Origin: Candidatus Kapaibacterium sp.
Lineage (GTDB): Bacteria > Bacteroidota > Ignavibacteria > Kapaibacteriales > UBA2268
Reading direction: 5' to 3'
NCBI GenBank assembly: GCA_963665665.1
Contig: OY762428.1
Span: forward strand, 2,255,007 to 2,319,006
DNA length: 64,000 bases
The notes under the pieces were generated by a model. That model saw only the letters and a program-made list of their open reading frames with translations. It did no database searches and had not been told where the DNA came from. The translations under genes and the position numbers were made by a program. Below, one piece after another: positions 8,213 through 20,533 of the stretch (its first letter is position 1; every line of letters starts with the position of its first letter).

Positions 8213-11026
8213 TCAATCCACAACTACCATCATTCTGTGGCACCTGTTGGATTTAGAATTCACATATTTTCCATTTTTGGCCAATCCAATATCAAGAAAA
8301 TACCTTCCGGGAGTATTCACAACAGGCAGATGTATAATAAGCCTGGCAAAGTACCCCGGTTCAATTATTTTTTTGTGCCCCTTCAACCCGATTGTTTTAA
8401 AATTATTTTCCAGAATATAATCATACCACGAAACTGATACAGAAATATCATTATTAGCAAGATCGATTGTTTCCGAACCCGTATTAGTAATAATCAGAGG
8501 AACTTTCATGATATCACCGGCTTTCTTTCCGGCTTTGAAAAAATTATAATTGGAAGCAATTTTTAAATCATAGTCGAATCCGCTTCCGGGTTCATCAACT
8601 TCAAGCCTGTTGTTTTCATTTGCACTGCCGAGAACCATGGCAGAGATCAATTGCAGCCCTTTCAGCTTGTTCGGCTTTTCTATTTCGCGTTCCAATCCGG
8701 AATAGAATTTTAAACCGTCACATTTCTTTACATCAATACTGTCCGGCAAATGAATTTTATAAATATTCGTATCGCAAGGTATCTGCTTGTTGAACAATTC
8801 AATACCCGAGCAAATTATTTTCAGATTTTTCGGAGAGCCGGAATTATTATTAACACTGAACTTAAATGTTGTATAATTCTCATTTGCCTTCATAGGCATT
8901 TTTATCAATGCCGTTCCGTTTATCCACCCCTTTCCATTGACATTATCGGAAAAGAATCCCTTCTTTACAACACCAACAATATTATTGTCCAATAAATTCA
9001 GGCCAATATAGCAGGGAATTTGAGTATTATTTTTTTCCGCAGTTGAATTGGCTGCCCATAGAATACTGTTTCCTCCATATTCAATATCCAGTGGAAAATA
9101 GTTACCGCAATCAGGAAATTTTAAATGGTTGGACAACATGTAGTCCTCTGAAATCATCATGTTTTCATTTCGTTTTTTCTGAAATGAATTCTTAAATGAA
9201 CTATTCCCTTTGTAATGAATATGTATGCCTGGCAACCTGTATTTATACATATAAGTATCCGGGGACTTATTGCCTGCCATACATACAGCAGATTTAACAT
9301 CCGGGATATCATACAGTGTATTAATAATATTGGTAATTTTTTGTTTCTCGAACTGGTGATACTGAATTACATACCTGTAGGTAAAAATTGAAAATGATAA
9401 AAATGCAAGGGTAAGGACGATACCGCCAAAATTGAAATTTTTGCTGAATAATATCGAAATTATAATAAGGGCAAGAAGCATTATACCGAGGTAAATCAGA
9501 ATATCAATTGTGCCAAAAACAGCCCTTGGCGCAAAGAAGCTTAGGAAATTCCTGAATGATGGCTCTGAATCAATAAAATTACCATAAAGGGCAATTATTC
9601 CAAAAGCAGATATAATCATCACGACAAGTGAAGTGAAAATCCGGAAAAATCCGTTTTCAATTTCAGTATCTTCAATAAAGCCGTATATACCCATAGCTAA
9701 AAATGGAGCAAGAAATACTTCCACGTACCTTCCGTAGAACAAAAGGTCAGGCCTGATAGAATCAAGGGATTTAATAATTGGGATAGTTGTGGCAAAAATT
9801 CCTACTGCCGTTGCAAACAGGAACATCAGGGCTATAGCCTCATCCGAGTATGCTCCCTTATATTTGTTTCTGTTGTTCCATACGAACACAAAAATGCCGA
9901 GAAAACCCAGCAGAAATATTCCCCATGTTGAAAAGCTGAGATAAAATACTCTGCTGAGAAGATTGGTTGACCATGTAACCAAAATCGTAAAATTGTCTTT
10001 TACATAGTTTAATTCGGGAAACAATATATAGGCAAGGAATGCACCTGAAATTGTTATCAGAATAACCTGCCATGAAACGGGTTTAATATTTTCCTTGCCC
10101 TGATTTACCAGCAGGGTATATATAAGAGTTGCAACCGGCAGGAAAATAAAGAACAATGATATGCTTGACAATACACCGAAAATCCATCCGCTAACGAAAC
10201 CGGCAAGCATAGCCCATTTCTTCTTCTTTATCAGCCAGGATGTTCCCAATACGAACATAGCAAATAAAAGCAGGTCATAGATCAGGCTTATATGATTTTG
10301 TATATTGCTCCCAAAAGCGCCACGCCCTGCAATCATGTTTGCAAGAACATTGCTGTATATTAAAGTTAATGTAGTAAAAACGGCTATCAGGATAATCGGA
10401 ACAATTCCCACAACTGCAGGCAGCCTTTTCCTGTAAACCAAATAGCCAAGGGTAACAATTGCGATAGGAATTATGGGCAGAGCCCGTACATCCACAGATA
10501 AAAAATAGGATGTTATTAACGAGAGAACTATTGAATAAAATATTGTTCTGCGCTTTATTAAGTAAATAAACGAAAGTATGTTGAATACATATATTGTCGG
10601 AAGAATAGCATCAGACCATGCCATGTTGGATTGGAGCATAAATGCCGGGTAAAGGCTCGTAATAAAAGAAGTTATCGCTGCCTGAGAAGGTTTTGAATTG
10701 AATAAAACCCTTAACATCAGAAAAAGCCCGATGTAAATACCCGAAGCCAGAATTGAATTTATTACTATAGCTGTTTGGTATGCCCCTACAGGCCCGGAAT
10801 TAAATAGAAAAGCCGGAGATATCAGGAGTGAATATCCGAATCCTCCAATAAGGCCGCCATTGGGCACAAAAGGCATATCCGTTCCGGTAAAATATTGTGC
10901 AAGCGCCAGGTAGGAAAATTCATCCGGGGCTACAACCGGAACCTCCATGTAAAGCCCCATGATAATATGTCCGATCACGAGAATCAGAAATGGTATAATA
11001 AGCAAGGATATATTGTTATTTTTCAT
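8213..11026 (-). CDS. large polytopic membrane protein, GT-C fold glycosyltransferase-like (PMT/ArnT-like) with extracytoplasmic C-terminal domain
   Basis: More than 20 predicted TM helices. An early loop (APDEFSY) fits the DE motif of GT-C (GT39/GT83-type) transferases. The roughly 330-aa soluble C-terminal domain is beta-rich. The track start is TTG at 11050; I used the ATG at 11026. Confidence 0.5.
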   Translation of the reverse strand: MKNNNISLLIIPFLILVIGHIIMGLYMEVPVVAPDEFSYLALAQYFTGTDMPFVPNGGLIGGFGYSLLISPAFLFNSGPVGAYQTAIVINSILASGIYIGLFLMLRVLFNSKPSQAAITSFITSLYPAFMLQSNMAWSDAILPTIYVFNILSFIYLIKRRTIFYSIVLSLITSYFLSVDVRALPIIPIAIVTLGYLVYRKRLPAVVGIVPIILIAVFTTLTLIYSNVLANMIAGRGAFGSNIQNHISLIYDLLLFAMFVLGTSWLIKKKKWAMLAGFVSGWIFGVLSSISLFFIFLPVATLIYTLLVNQGKENIKPVSWQVILITISGAFLAYILFPELNYVKDNFTILVTWSTNLLSRVFYLSFSTWGIFLLGFLGIFVFVWNNRNKYKGAYSDEAIALMFLFATAVGIFATTIPIIKSLDSIRPDLLFYGRYVEVFLAPFLAMGIYGFIEDTEIENGFFRIFTSLVVMIISAFGIIALYGNFIDSEPSFRNFLSFFAPRAVFGTIDILIYLGIMLLALIIISILFSKNFNFGGIVLTLAFLSFSIFTYRYVIQYHQFEKQKITNIINTLYDIPDVKSAVCMAGNKSPDTYMYKYRLPGIHIHYKGNSSFKNSFQKKRNENMMISEDYMLSNHLKFPDCGNYFPLDIEYGGNSILWAANSTAEKNNTQIPCYIGLNLLDNNIVGVVKKGFFSDNVNGKGWINGTALIKMPMKANENYTTFKFSVNNNSGSPKNLKIICSGIELFNKQIPCDTNIYKIHLPDSIDVKKCDGLKFYSGLEREIEKPNKLKGLQLISAMVLGSANENNRLEVDEPGSGFDYDLKIASNYNFFKAGKKAGDIMKVPLIITNTGSETIDLANNDISVSVSWYDYILENNFKTIGLKGHKKIIEPGYFARLIIHLPVVNTPGRYFLDIGLAKNGKYVNSKSNRCHRMMVVVD

Positions 11027-11203
11027 TGCCAACCCGAAATAATATTTCAAACATGTTCAATATAAACGTAAATACTAAGTCAAGATTATATTATTTACGA
11101 ATATATAAGATAACAAAAAAATAATTAAATCTGAAAATCAAGTTAAATCTTCGTAAAATAATATATTTCAATTATTTTTGTATTGAAAGGAATATTGAAC
11201 CAA

Positions 11204-11851
11204 ATGATAGAATTTAAAGATATATATCAAAAATATAAGGGCAGGGAGCTTTTCGGCGGGCTAAACCTTTTTATTGAAAAGGGCGAAAAAGTTGTTCTGA
11301 GCGGCTCGTCCGGTTCGGGGAAGAGCACGCTGCTTGCTTTTGCAATGGGATTTCTGCTGCCGGACAAAGGAACTATTGTTATTAACGATTTGCATTTGAA
11401 CGCAAAAAATATTGATGAAATCAGATATCTGATGGCATGGCTGCCGCAAAACACTACATTTGCAGGAGAGGGAATTGTACGTGAAGCCATAATGAAACCC
11501 TTTAGTTTCAGATTGAATAAATCCGTTACTCCATCGGAAAAAACTATTCGTTCAGGACTTGAAAAAATCGGGCTTGAGCAGGATATTCTTGATTCAAAAT
11601 TCGACGATATTTCCGGAGGCGAAAAACAGAGAATCGGTATACTTACCTGCTCGCTGCTGAACAGGCCGATAATGATTCTTGACGAACCTACGTCCGCCCT
11701 TGACGAAATGTCTATTGCGCTGGTTACTGATTTCATTCTTTCAGCCCCGGACAGGACGGTTCTGTCAACCTCGCATGAGAACCTGTGGGTAAATGCCTGC
11801 GATAAAATTGTAAAAGTTGGCCCAAACGGAGGTGAAAATGGGATCAATTGA
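11204..11851 (+). CDS. fetA: ABC transporter ATP-binding protein (FetA-like)
   Basis: Walker A LSGSSGSGKSTLL, signature LSGGEKQRIGI and Walker B ILDEPTSALD. It is about 215 aa with no fused TM domain and is paired with a UPF0014-type permease, as in E. coli fetAB. The track start at 11183 is TTG; the ATG at 11204 was used. Confidence 0.75.
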   Translation: MIEFKDIYQKYKGRELFGGLNLFIEKGEKVVLSGSSGSGKSTLLAFAMGFLLPDKGTIVINDLHLNAKNIDEIRYLMAWLPQNTTFAGEGIVREAIMKPFSFRLNKSVTPSEKTIRSGLEKIGLEQDILDSKFDDISGGEKQRIGILTCSLLNRPIMILDEPTSALDEMSIALVTDFILSAPDRTVLSTSHENLWVNACDKIVKVGPNGGENGIN

Positions 11852-12626
11852 TATAAGCTGGCTGAACCTCGCGCTGGGATGCCTGTGCCTGATAGTTCCG
11901 ATTGGAATACTTAGCTATTTCAAAACCGGGCTTGGCAAAGCGGCTCTCGGAGCTTACGCCAGGATGACAGGACAGCTTGTTCTGGTAGGGCTATACCTCG
12001 GGGTGGTATTCGATTATAATTCCATATATGTAAATGCCGCCTGGGTAATATTGATGATAGTTGCAGCTTCGTTTACGATTGTTCAGCGCACAGAGCTGAA
12101 AAAGAAATATTTTCTTCTTCCGGTTATGTCCGGAGTAATAGCCGGAACGGTATTTACCGGCGCTATATTTCTATTTCTTGTTATAGGCCCCGACGAATTC
12201 TTCAACGCGAGATACATAATCCCGATAACCGGGATGATAATCGGCAACTGCCTGAACAGCTCAATAATCGGTATTCGCTCTTTTTATAAATCCATTGATA
12301 AGGAATACGAAAGATATAAATACTTCCTGATGAGCGGAGCCGACAGGAAGGAAGCGCTCTTCGATTTTATGAGCGAGGCGCTGAAGTCTGCATTCGGCCC
12401 CAGCGTAGCTTCAACTGCAACTATCGGGCTAATCTGGCTGCCGGGAATGATGACAGGCCAGATACTTGGCGGCAGCGACCCCATGCTTGCCATTAAATAC
12501 CAGGTGCTTATAGTTGCTTCAATTTTTGCCGGGGCTTCGCTGACAGTTTTTACTTCAATAAGTATTTCCCGCAAACTTGCATTTGATGATTTCGGGATGA
12601 TAAACAGGAATGTTTTCGGGAAGTGA
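11838..12626 (+). CDS. fetB: ABC transporter permease, UPF0014/YbbM (FetB-like iron export permease)
   Basis: About 260 aa with 7-8 TM helices. The conserved C-terminal region ...LPGMMTGQILGGSDPMLAIKYQ... matches the FetB/YbbM family. The ATG at 11838 is preceded by GGAGG. Confidence 0.65.
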   Translation: MGSIDISWLNLALGCLCLIVPIGILSYFKTGLGKAALGAYARMTGQLVLVGLYLGVVFDYNSIYVNAAWVILMIVAASFTIVQRTELKKKYFLLPVMSGVIAGTVFTGAIFLFLVIGPDEFFNARYIIPITGMIIGNCLNSSIIGIRSFYKSIDKEYERYKYFLMSGADRKEALFDFMSEALKSAFGPSVASTATIGLIWLPGMMTGQILGGSDPMLAIKYQVLIVASIFAGASLTVFTSISISRKLAFDDFGMINRNVFGK

Positions 12627-12786
12627 CAGTGCTTGTTAATTTGTTATATTTCTTGTAAATCGTATTGTTTGGAGATAAATCCCTGATTTGCTATATTATA
12701 GAAAACTTCTATGAATTACAAGTAATATCGTTGTTATATCAATAAAATTTACTATGCAACTTTCAAAAACCAATTGAGTAAAAAAT

Positions 12787-13368
12787 ATGAAGTATTTTGA
12801 TATTATTGGACCGGGATTATTTATAATTTTTCTTGCATTATTTTCATATTTTCTATTAGGAATAACAGGCCCTATAATTATTGGTGGCGCCGGCACAGGA
12901 GGATTTATTCTATATTTGAAAACTGGTTACAAGTATCGATTCGACACTTCAAAGATAATTGTATCATATTTGCTTTCTGTTGTATTCTTCATTATCCACG
13001 TGTACGAAGAGTATATTTTTGGTTTTGAACATATTGTCTCAGATTTAAGTCATAGCCATGTATCGCAGCAAAGTTTTCTGACATTTGCCGGTTTTTTCGG
13101 CCCTGCAATGTGGGTATCAGGAGCAATTTTGATAATTAAGCGTTGGGCTCTGGGGTACTATTTTCTGGGATTTTTCTTTGTTGCCATGACCGTTGCTGAA
13201 CTTACTCATTTTATTTTTCCGTTTATTCTATACGGGGAATGGAAATATACTGCTGGTGTTGCTACTGCTGCAATACCATTAATTCCTGCCTGGTACGGAT
13301 TAATTATTACTCTGAAGGAAACTCAGAAAATGAGAAAAGAAAAGGAAGAAGCAGAAAATGAAGACTAG
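12787..13368 (+). CDS. HXXEE domain-containing membrane protein
   Basis: A polytopic 193-aa protein with an IHVYEEY (HxxEE) motif inside a TM segment. Confidence 0.55.
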   Translation: MKYFDIIGPGLFIIFLALFSYFLLGITGPIIIGGAGTGGFILYLKTGYKYRFDTSKIIVSYLLSVVFFIIHVYEEYIFGFEHIVSDLSHSHVSQQSFLTFAGFFGPAMWVSGAILIIKRWALGYYFLGFFFVAMTVAELTHFIFPFILYGEWKYTAGVATAAIPLIPAWYGLIITLKETQKMRKEKEEAENED

Positions 13369-13549
13369 ATTATTGATATTTCTTCTTTTGATCATTGTTT
13401 CACTGCCATTAAGGCTGAAAGCTCATACAAGTATGGAATCCGATCCGGGAATTATTTCCAACCTGTTAGCATTAGGAATAGTATTGTTATCAATTGTCAT
13501 TTTTCTTGTAGTAAATAAATTGAAAAGTAAGAAACGAAGAAAATCTTAA
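13358..13549 (+). CDS. small membrane protein (signal peptide + TM)
   Basis: 63 aa with an N-terminal signal-like helix, a second TM helix and a basic C-terminus KSKKRRKS. It overlaps the upstream gene by 11 nt. Confidence 0.35.
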   Translation: MKTRLLIFLLLIIVSLPLRLKAHTSMESDPGIISNLLALGIVLLSIVIFLVVNKLKSKKRRKS

Positions 13550-13984
13550 ATATCCGAATATCTAAACGATGATATATGCATTGCCGTTTTTTCAAGCCTG
13601 CTTATGTCCCCGGAACTTCCTGCAATATTTTAAAATATTTCAATCACAGGAATACTGAGAACTCTTTTTTTTCCATATTCCAATTTTTATCCCCTGGTAT
13701 AAATTAGTGAACAGCCCGGTAACTTTTTAAAGAATTATATTGCTCTTCGGTAAAATATATTTGCCGCCTGGTAAATATTTGTGCAGTGCTTGGAAATTGT
13801 TGGGAAGCCATATCTTACAAATAAAAACACCACGATTACATAATCCGGTTTTACTTTGTATATTCCGCAAACATTTCAAAAACTATTTTAATTATTCCGA
13901 AAGATTGTTATTTTACGCATTGTATTGAAAGAAGAAAATCAACCTACTATCACATAAAGTACACATTTTCTACACCCATTATAA

Positions 13985-16222
<2,238 letters not shown>

Positions 16223-16242
16223 TTCCTAATATTCAAAATTAT

Positions 16243-16274
16243 AAAGCCCGGCGCATTAATATGTGCCGGGCTTT
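16243..16274 (+). terminator. rho-independent terminator of icd
   Basis: AAAGCCCGGCGCATTAATATGTGCCGGGCTTT forms a 9-bp GC stem and is followed by TTATTAGT. Confidence 0.7.
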
Positions 16275-16304
16275 ATTAGTATGTCAAACCTTGAGGAAAA
16301 AAAA

Positions 16305-16324
16305 AGGAGGCTAAGAAGCCTCCT
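16305..16324 (-). terminator. hairpin AGGAGGCTAAGAAGCCTCCT followed by a T9 run on the minus strand
   Basis: Read on the minus strand, the stem is followed by TTTTTTTTT. This implies a minus-strand transcript ending about 520 nt downstream of the receiver gene. Confidence 0.45.
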
Positions 16325-16846
16325 GTGTGTGAACCTAAAATTTAAGCGGTCTGCCCATTAGGGAGAACAACATTCCGATGAAAATACTCTGCTACACAAT
16401 TCTCTGAAGAAACCCCATTGTACTTACCATTCGGACCGACCGCTTTAAGTTGCAAACCTTATTCAATTAACCGTACTATGCGTCATTATTCCATTTTGTT
16501 TTACCATTCTAATCCATATTCCTGCCGTGCGGCCTGCAACTATATCAGGGAGAAAATTTCAGCCTTTTATCCACATTGCCATCATTCAAATTCCATTGCA
16601 TAACCATTTTTTCATATTCTTATCATATTCCAAACAATTGGTCAAGGCTGGAAAGAAATTTTTTTTAGTAAAAAATCAAGCCCGGGGCGGCCAATACAAG
16701 TAAATCATCTGCCATCTTTTCTATTTTCGCCTATCCACAGAGTACACATTGTTCCACATTTTTTCTGTTCCATAACCGAAGGTTCCTAAAAATCTTGTAT
16801 CAACCACCACCGTGCCTGTTGATACTACCCCTAGTCTCAAATTTTT

Positions 16847-17245
16847 TCAAAGTACTTGTTCGAGTAGAAGATTCTCTTCATTCTCGATTTGAATATTCCT
16901 GAGAATATTCAGTATTATGTCAAAGTTTTCGTTTTTGCTGAGAAAGAAGTCAGCGCCATTGTTTAAACAAACAGTCCGAAACCCGTTATCGTCAAAGTCC
17001 GTCATTATTACCAGGATCAAATTTCGATTTTTCAATTTCAGCTTTTTCAGTTCATCCAACGGCCTGTCCCTGAGCAGTATTGCATCGAGTAACAGAGCGT
17101 CGAATTCCGAACTGTTTATTTTGCCAACAGTATCGGTAAATGTCGAGGCTATTCCTATATGTTCCAGGTCATTGACGTACTCTATTGCCAAGGCAGCTAT
17201 CCTTGCGCTAATCGATTTTGACCTTTCGCCTATCAGAAGTTTCAT
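16847..17245 (-). CDS. stand-alone response-regulator receiver domain protein (atypical acid pocket)
   Basis: CheY-like fold with the phospho-acceptor region DALLLDAIL, the T (VIMTD) and the K (FFLSK) conserved. The N-terminal DD pocket is replaced by GER. Confidence 0.55.
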   Translation of the reverse strand: MKLLIGERSKSISARIAALAIEYVNDLEHIGIASTFTDTVGKINSSEFDALLLDAILLRDRPLDELKKLKLKNRNLILVIMTDFDDNGFRTVCLNNGADFFLSKNENFDIILNILRNIQIENEENLLLEQVL

Positions 17246-17389
17246 TTTGTCCTTTATCCTTCGACAACCCGATTTTCAAATAATTAATTTATCAACTGGT
17301 ACAAATTTAATAGATTAAAATACAAGTAATGTAGAACTTTATTAAAAAGTGATGTAGAACATAATTTTTTCTTGTAGAATTATCAATTT

Positions 17390-20359
17390 TTATTTAACAA
17401 TTCCCTGCTTCATGCAGTAATCTGTGAGTTGATTAATATCTTTCATTTCCATTTTTTCAAGTATTCTTGATCGGTAAGTAGATACAGTTGTTTTACTTAT
17501 GCTTAGTTCAGATGAAATATCCTTATTCCTTTTTCCGCGTACTAATAAACGCATTACCTGGAATTCCCTGTCGGATAATTTCTCATGTGGCATAAGTTCT
17601 TTTACTTCTTCAGTGCTGTAAACGTCATCATCTCTGAAATCTTCCGGTATGTATTTTTTATCATTTTTTATTTTATAGATAGCCTGCATATAAGCTTTCC
17701 CGTCGGAATTTTTCTCAATAATTCCTGCCGCACCGCTGCTAATTGTTCTTTTAGCAAGGTGGCGGTCTGCCCTGGCAAAGCAAACCAATATTTTGCAGTC
17801 TTTTTTCATATTAATCAGGTCTCCGATAATTTCAGTAACGCCCCGGACACTGAATTCAGAATCCAATATTATTATATCCGGCTGTAATTTCATAGAGTTG
17901 AACAGCAAATCACGTTCTGTTGAAGTATCAGCGCTCACATTTATAAAGCTGTCTTCCTGAATAACTTCTGCAAGTCCTTTTCTGAAAATTGGATTTGAAT
18001 CTGCAATAAGTACATTAATATTAGATTTCGATTTTGAACCGCCTACAGGAAAACTAACTGATATAGTAGTTCCAAACCCCTGGGAACTGTCGATATTTAT
18101 TCGGCCTTTCAGGTTATAGACCCTTTCAGTCATGGCAAGAAGCCCGAAGGAAGCAGGATTATTCATTTGTTCGCGGCTCATACCTACACCATCGTCACTA
18201 ACAAGCAGTTCTACTCTGTTTGCCTTTTTATGAAGGTTAATTTGAACTTTAGTTGCTTTGGAATGCTTGCCGGTATTGGACAGGATTTCCTGGTATATCC
18301 TGAAAATCATCTCGGATTTGCTCACATCCAGGAAGGAATCGATATCCTCGATATATAATTCGCAGCTGATAGAAGTCTTTTTCTCAAATTCTTTTGTCTG
18401 CCATTTTATCGCCGCTGAAAGCCCCATCCTGTCAAGTACAATCGGATGCAGGTCACTGGTAATCCTGTTGATATTTCCGCCCGTTTTTTCGATTAATTTC
18501 GACATTTCCGCAAGGCGCTCGTATAGAAATTTATTATCTTCCGGAACTTTTTTCATAAGCCAGGAAGCATCATATTTCAAGGTAGTTACAGCCTGCCCAA
18601 GTTCATCCCTGATATCCCTTGCAATTTGTTTCCTCTCGTCCTCCCTGATGGAGTCAAGGTGTATAGCCAGGTTCCTTAATTTTTCCTCGGAATTTCTTAG
18701 CCTTAACTCGGATTTTTTTCTTTCACTGATATCCCTGTCCACGCTAACCCAGCCAACAAATTTATTGTTCACGTCTGTCAGTGCAATTATCCTTGATTCA
18801 ACTTCAATAAGTTTTCCTCCTTTAGCATATCTGGAAAATTCACCGTTGTACTCGTTTTTTTCCCTGAGAATATTCAACAGGTCGTAGAGGTGCATGCCTG
18901 AATCGCCTGAAGGAAAGAACTGCTCCCAGCTTTTTCCGATAACTTCGTTTTTGCTCCATCCGTATATTCGTTCGGCACCACTATTCCATGCTGATATTAC
19001 CGGCCCCTGTTTTATTTCAACAGCAATAATTGCATCGTTAACTTTTTCAAGCAGGTTAGCCTGATAGGATAATTTAGTTTCGGCATCTTTCCGGTCTGCA
19101 ATATTACGGCAAATTGTGAAAAGGGCATCATTTCCGGACTGAGGTATTCGTGTCATGGATATTTCTACAAAAACCTGCTCGTCGTAAAGGGTTCTGAACT
19201 GCCATTCAAAGCGCACGTAGCCGCTGTTGTAGCCATTGGCAATTTTTTCCCTGAATTTCATGAACGAGTTCTCTCCGTCCGGCTGTGTTTCAGGCGAAAG
19301 AAGTGCGGGATGAATACCAACAACATTATATTTTGATTCTGACTGAAACAATTGCAAAGTAGCTTTATTGCAGTCAATTATACCTTTCTTATCAATCACG
19401 AGCATGGCATCGGCAGAATTCTCATATAGAAGCCTGAATTTTTTCTCACTTTCCATAAGTTCAATTGTTGCACGGGTTTTCTCGGTAATATCCAGGACTG
19501 TGAATATCTGGCCGGCATCAAAATCCTCCGGATCGATTGCGGAAATTTTAACATGGCAGTTCAATTTTTTACCATCCTTCTTTTTCCATATCCACTCCGA
19601 CCCGGGGTTATCCGGCTTTTCCAATTGTTTGTATAACTCCATGCCGGCTTTCTCGAAATCACTGTTATTTGTATAGAACATCCTTGTATCTTGATTAATA
19701 AGCTCATTTTTGGCATAGCCGAGTATATTGTGAAGTTCATCATTAGCCCAGTATATAACCCTGTTTTTAACCAGCCCGATACCAACAGGAGATGCATCGA
19801 GAATTGCCTGCCTGATTTTCTGGTTTTCCTCAAGAGCCATTTCAGATTCTTTTATCTCTGTTATATTTCTTGCAAAAAGAAATACCTCCGTAACTTCGTT
19901 ATTACTGTCTAACAAAGGCCTGATATAGATATCATACCATACATCATTTCTCATATCCTGAAATCTGATAGTTCTTTTGTCAAGAATTGCTTTATAAAAG
20001 CGTTCTTTTCTTTTTTCCGCACTTTCCTTAGGTTCAAAAATTTCAAAAAGGTTTTTTCCTATAGCATCATCAACTTTGTAACCTATGGATTTTGCCATTA
20101 TTGGATTGATCAATTTAATTATTCCAGAAGTTTCAAGAATAGCAATATCATCAACAGTTGAATTGAAGAAATCCGGAGCATAGCTAATAATCATTTCTGT
20201 TTGAATATTCAGATAATCCTTGTTCGATTTATGTTTGTCCGACAAACCCATGTTCATACTCCGAATTTCTTTTTTTAATTCATCATGGGAGCGGCTTATT
20301 ATATCAAGGCTGTCAGTCAGCTTTTGTATTTGTTTTTCTAATTTATTGTCATTTTTCAT
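17390..20359 (-). CDS. multi-PAS sensor histidine kinase (HisKA_3/HATPase) fused to NarL/LuxR-type response regulator
   Basis: An N-terminal coiled coil is followed by at least four PAS/PAC-like blocks. The HisKA_3 H-box is EDERKQIARDIRDELGQ. A HATPase_c domain follows, then a receiver-like segment (VLIADSNPIF...DIIILDSEF...) and a C-terminal LuxR HTH (LSDREFQVMRLLVRGKRNKDISSELSISKTTVSTYRSRI). Confidence 0.8.
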   Translation of the reverse strand: MKNDNKLEKQIQKLTDSLDIISRSHDELKKEIRSMNMGLSDKHKSNKDYLNIQTEMIISYAPDFFNSTVDDIAILETSGIIKLINPIMAKSIGYKVDDAIGKNLFEIFEPKESAEKRKERFYKAILDKRTIRFQDMRNDVWYDIYIRPLLDSNNEVTEVFLFARNITEIKESEMALEENQKIRQAILDASPVGIGLVKNRVIYWANDELHNILGYAKNELINQDTRMFYTNNSDFEKAGMELYKQLEKPDNPGSEWIWKKKDGKKLNCHVKISAIDPEDFDAGQIFTVLDITEKTRATIELMESEKKFRLLYENSADAMLVIDKKGIIDCNKATLQLFQSESKYNVVGIHPALLSPETQPDGENSFMKFREKIANGYNSGYVRFEWQFRTLYDEQVFVEISMTRIPQSGNDALFTICRNIADRKDAETKLSYQANLLEKVNDAIIAVEIKQGPVISAWNSGAERIYGWSKNEVIGKSWEQFFPSGDSGMHLYDLLNILREKNEYNGEFSRYAKGGKLIEVESRIIALTDVNNKFVGWVSVDRDISERKKSELRLRNSEEKLRNLAIHLDSIREDERKQIARDIRDELGQAVTTLKYDASWLMKKVPEDNKFLYERLAEMSKLIEKTGGNINRITSDLHPIVLDRMGLSAAIKWQTKEFEKKTSISCELYIEDIDSFLDVSKSEMIFRIYQEILSNTGKHSKATKVQINLHKKANRVELLVSDDGVGMSREQMNNPASFGLLAMTERVYNLKGRINIDSSQGFGTTISVSFPVGGSKSKSNINVLIADSNPIFRKGLAEVIQEDSFINVSADTSTERDLLFNSMKLQPDIIILDSEFSVRGVTEIIGDLINMKKDCKILVCFARADRHLAKRTISSGAAGIIEKNSDGKAYMQAIYKIKNDKKYIPEDFRDDDVYSTEEVKELMPHEKLSDREFQVMRLLVRGKRNKDISSELSISKTTVSTYRSRILEKMEMKDINQLTDYCMKQGIVK

Positions 20360-20533
20360 TTTAGCATCAAAGCCAATATTAGTACTACACGTTCTACAAT
20401 CTAATTAGAAAATAAATAATAGACAAGATTAATTTGTAGAATAAATGCTTTTGTCATGCTTAGCATCGTTCAAACTTGAATTTTAATAAAAAAAAAATTA
20501 ACTTGCGTTGATTGTGATTAAACGGAGTGTTTT

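Noticed and set aside
16330-16846. Possible tmRNA, RNase P or SRP RNA in the long non-coding stretch
   Set aside because: I looked for hallmark sequences (the tmRNA tag-reading frame ending ...ALAA, the T-arm GGTTCGA(A/T)TCC, the RNase P P4 AGGAAAGTCCGG, the SRP GGAAGCAGCC) and found none. The region is left as an unexplained non-coding region (see findings).
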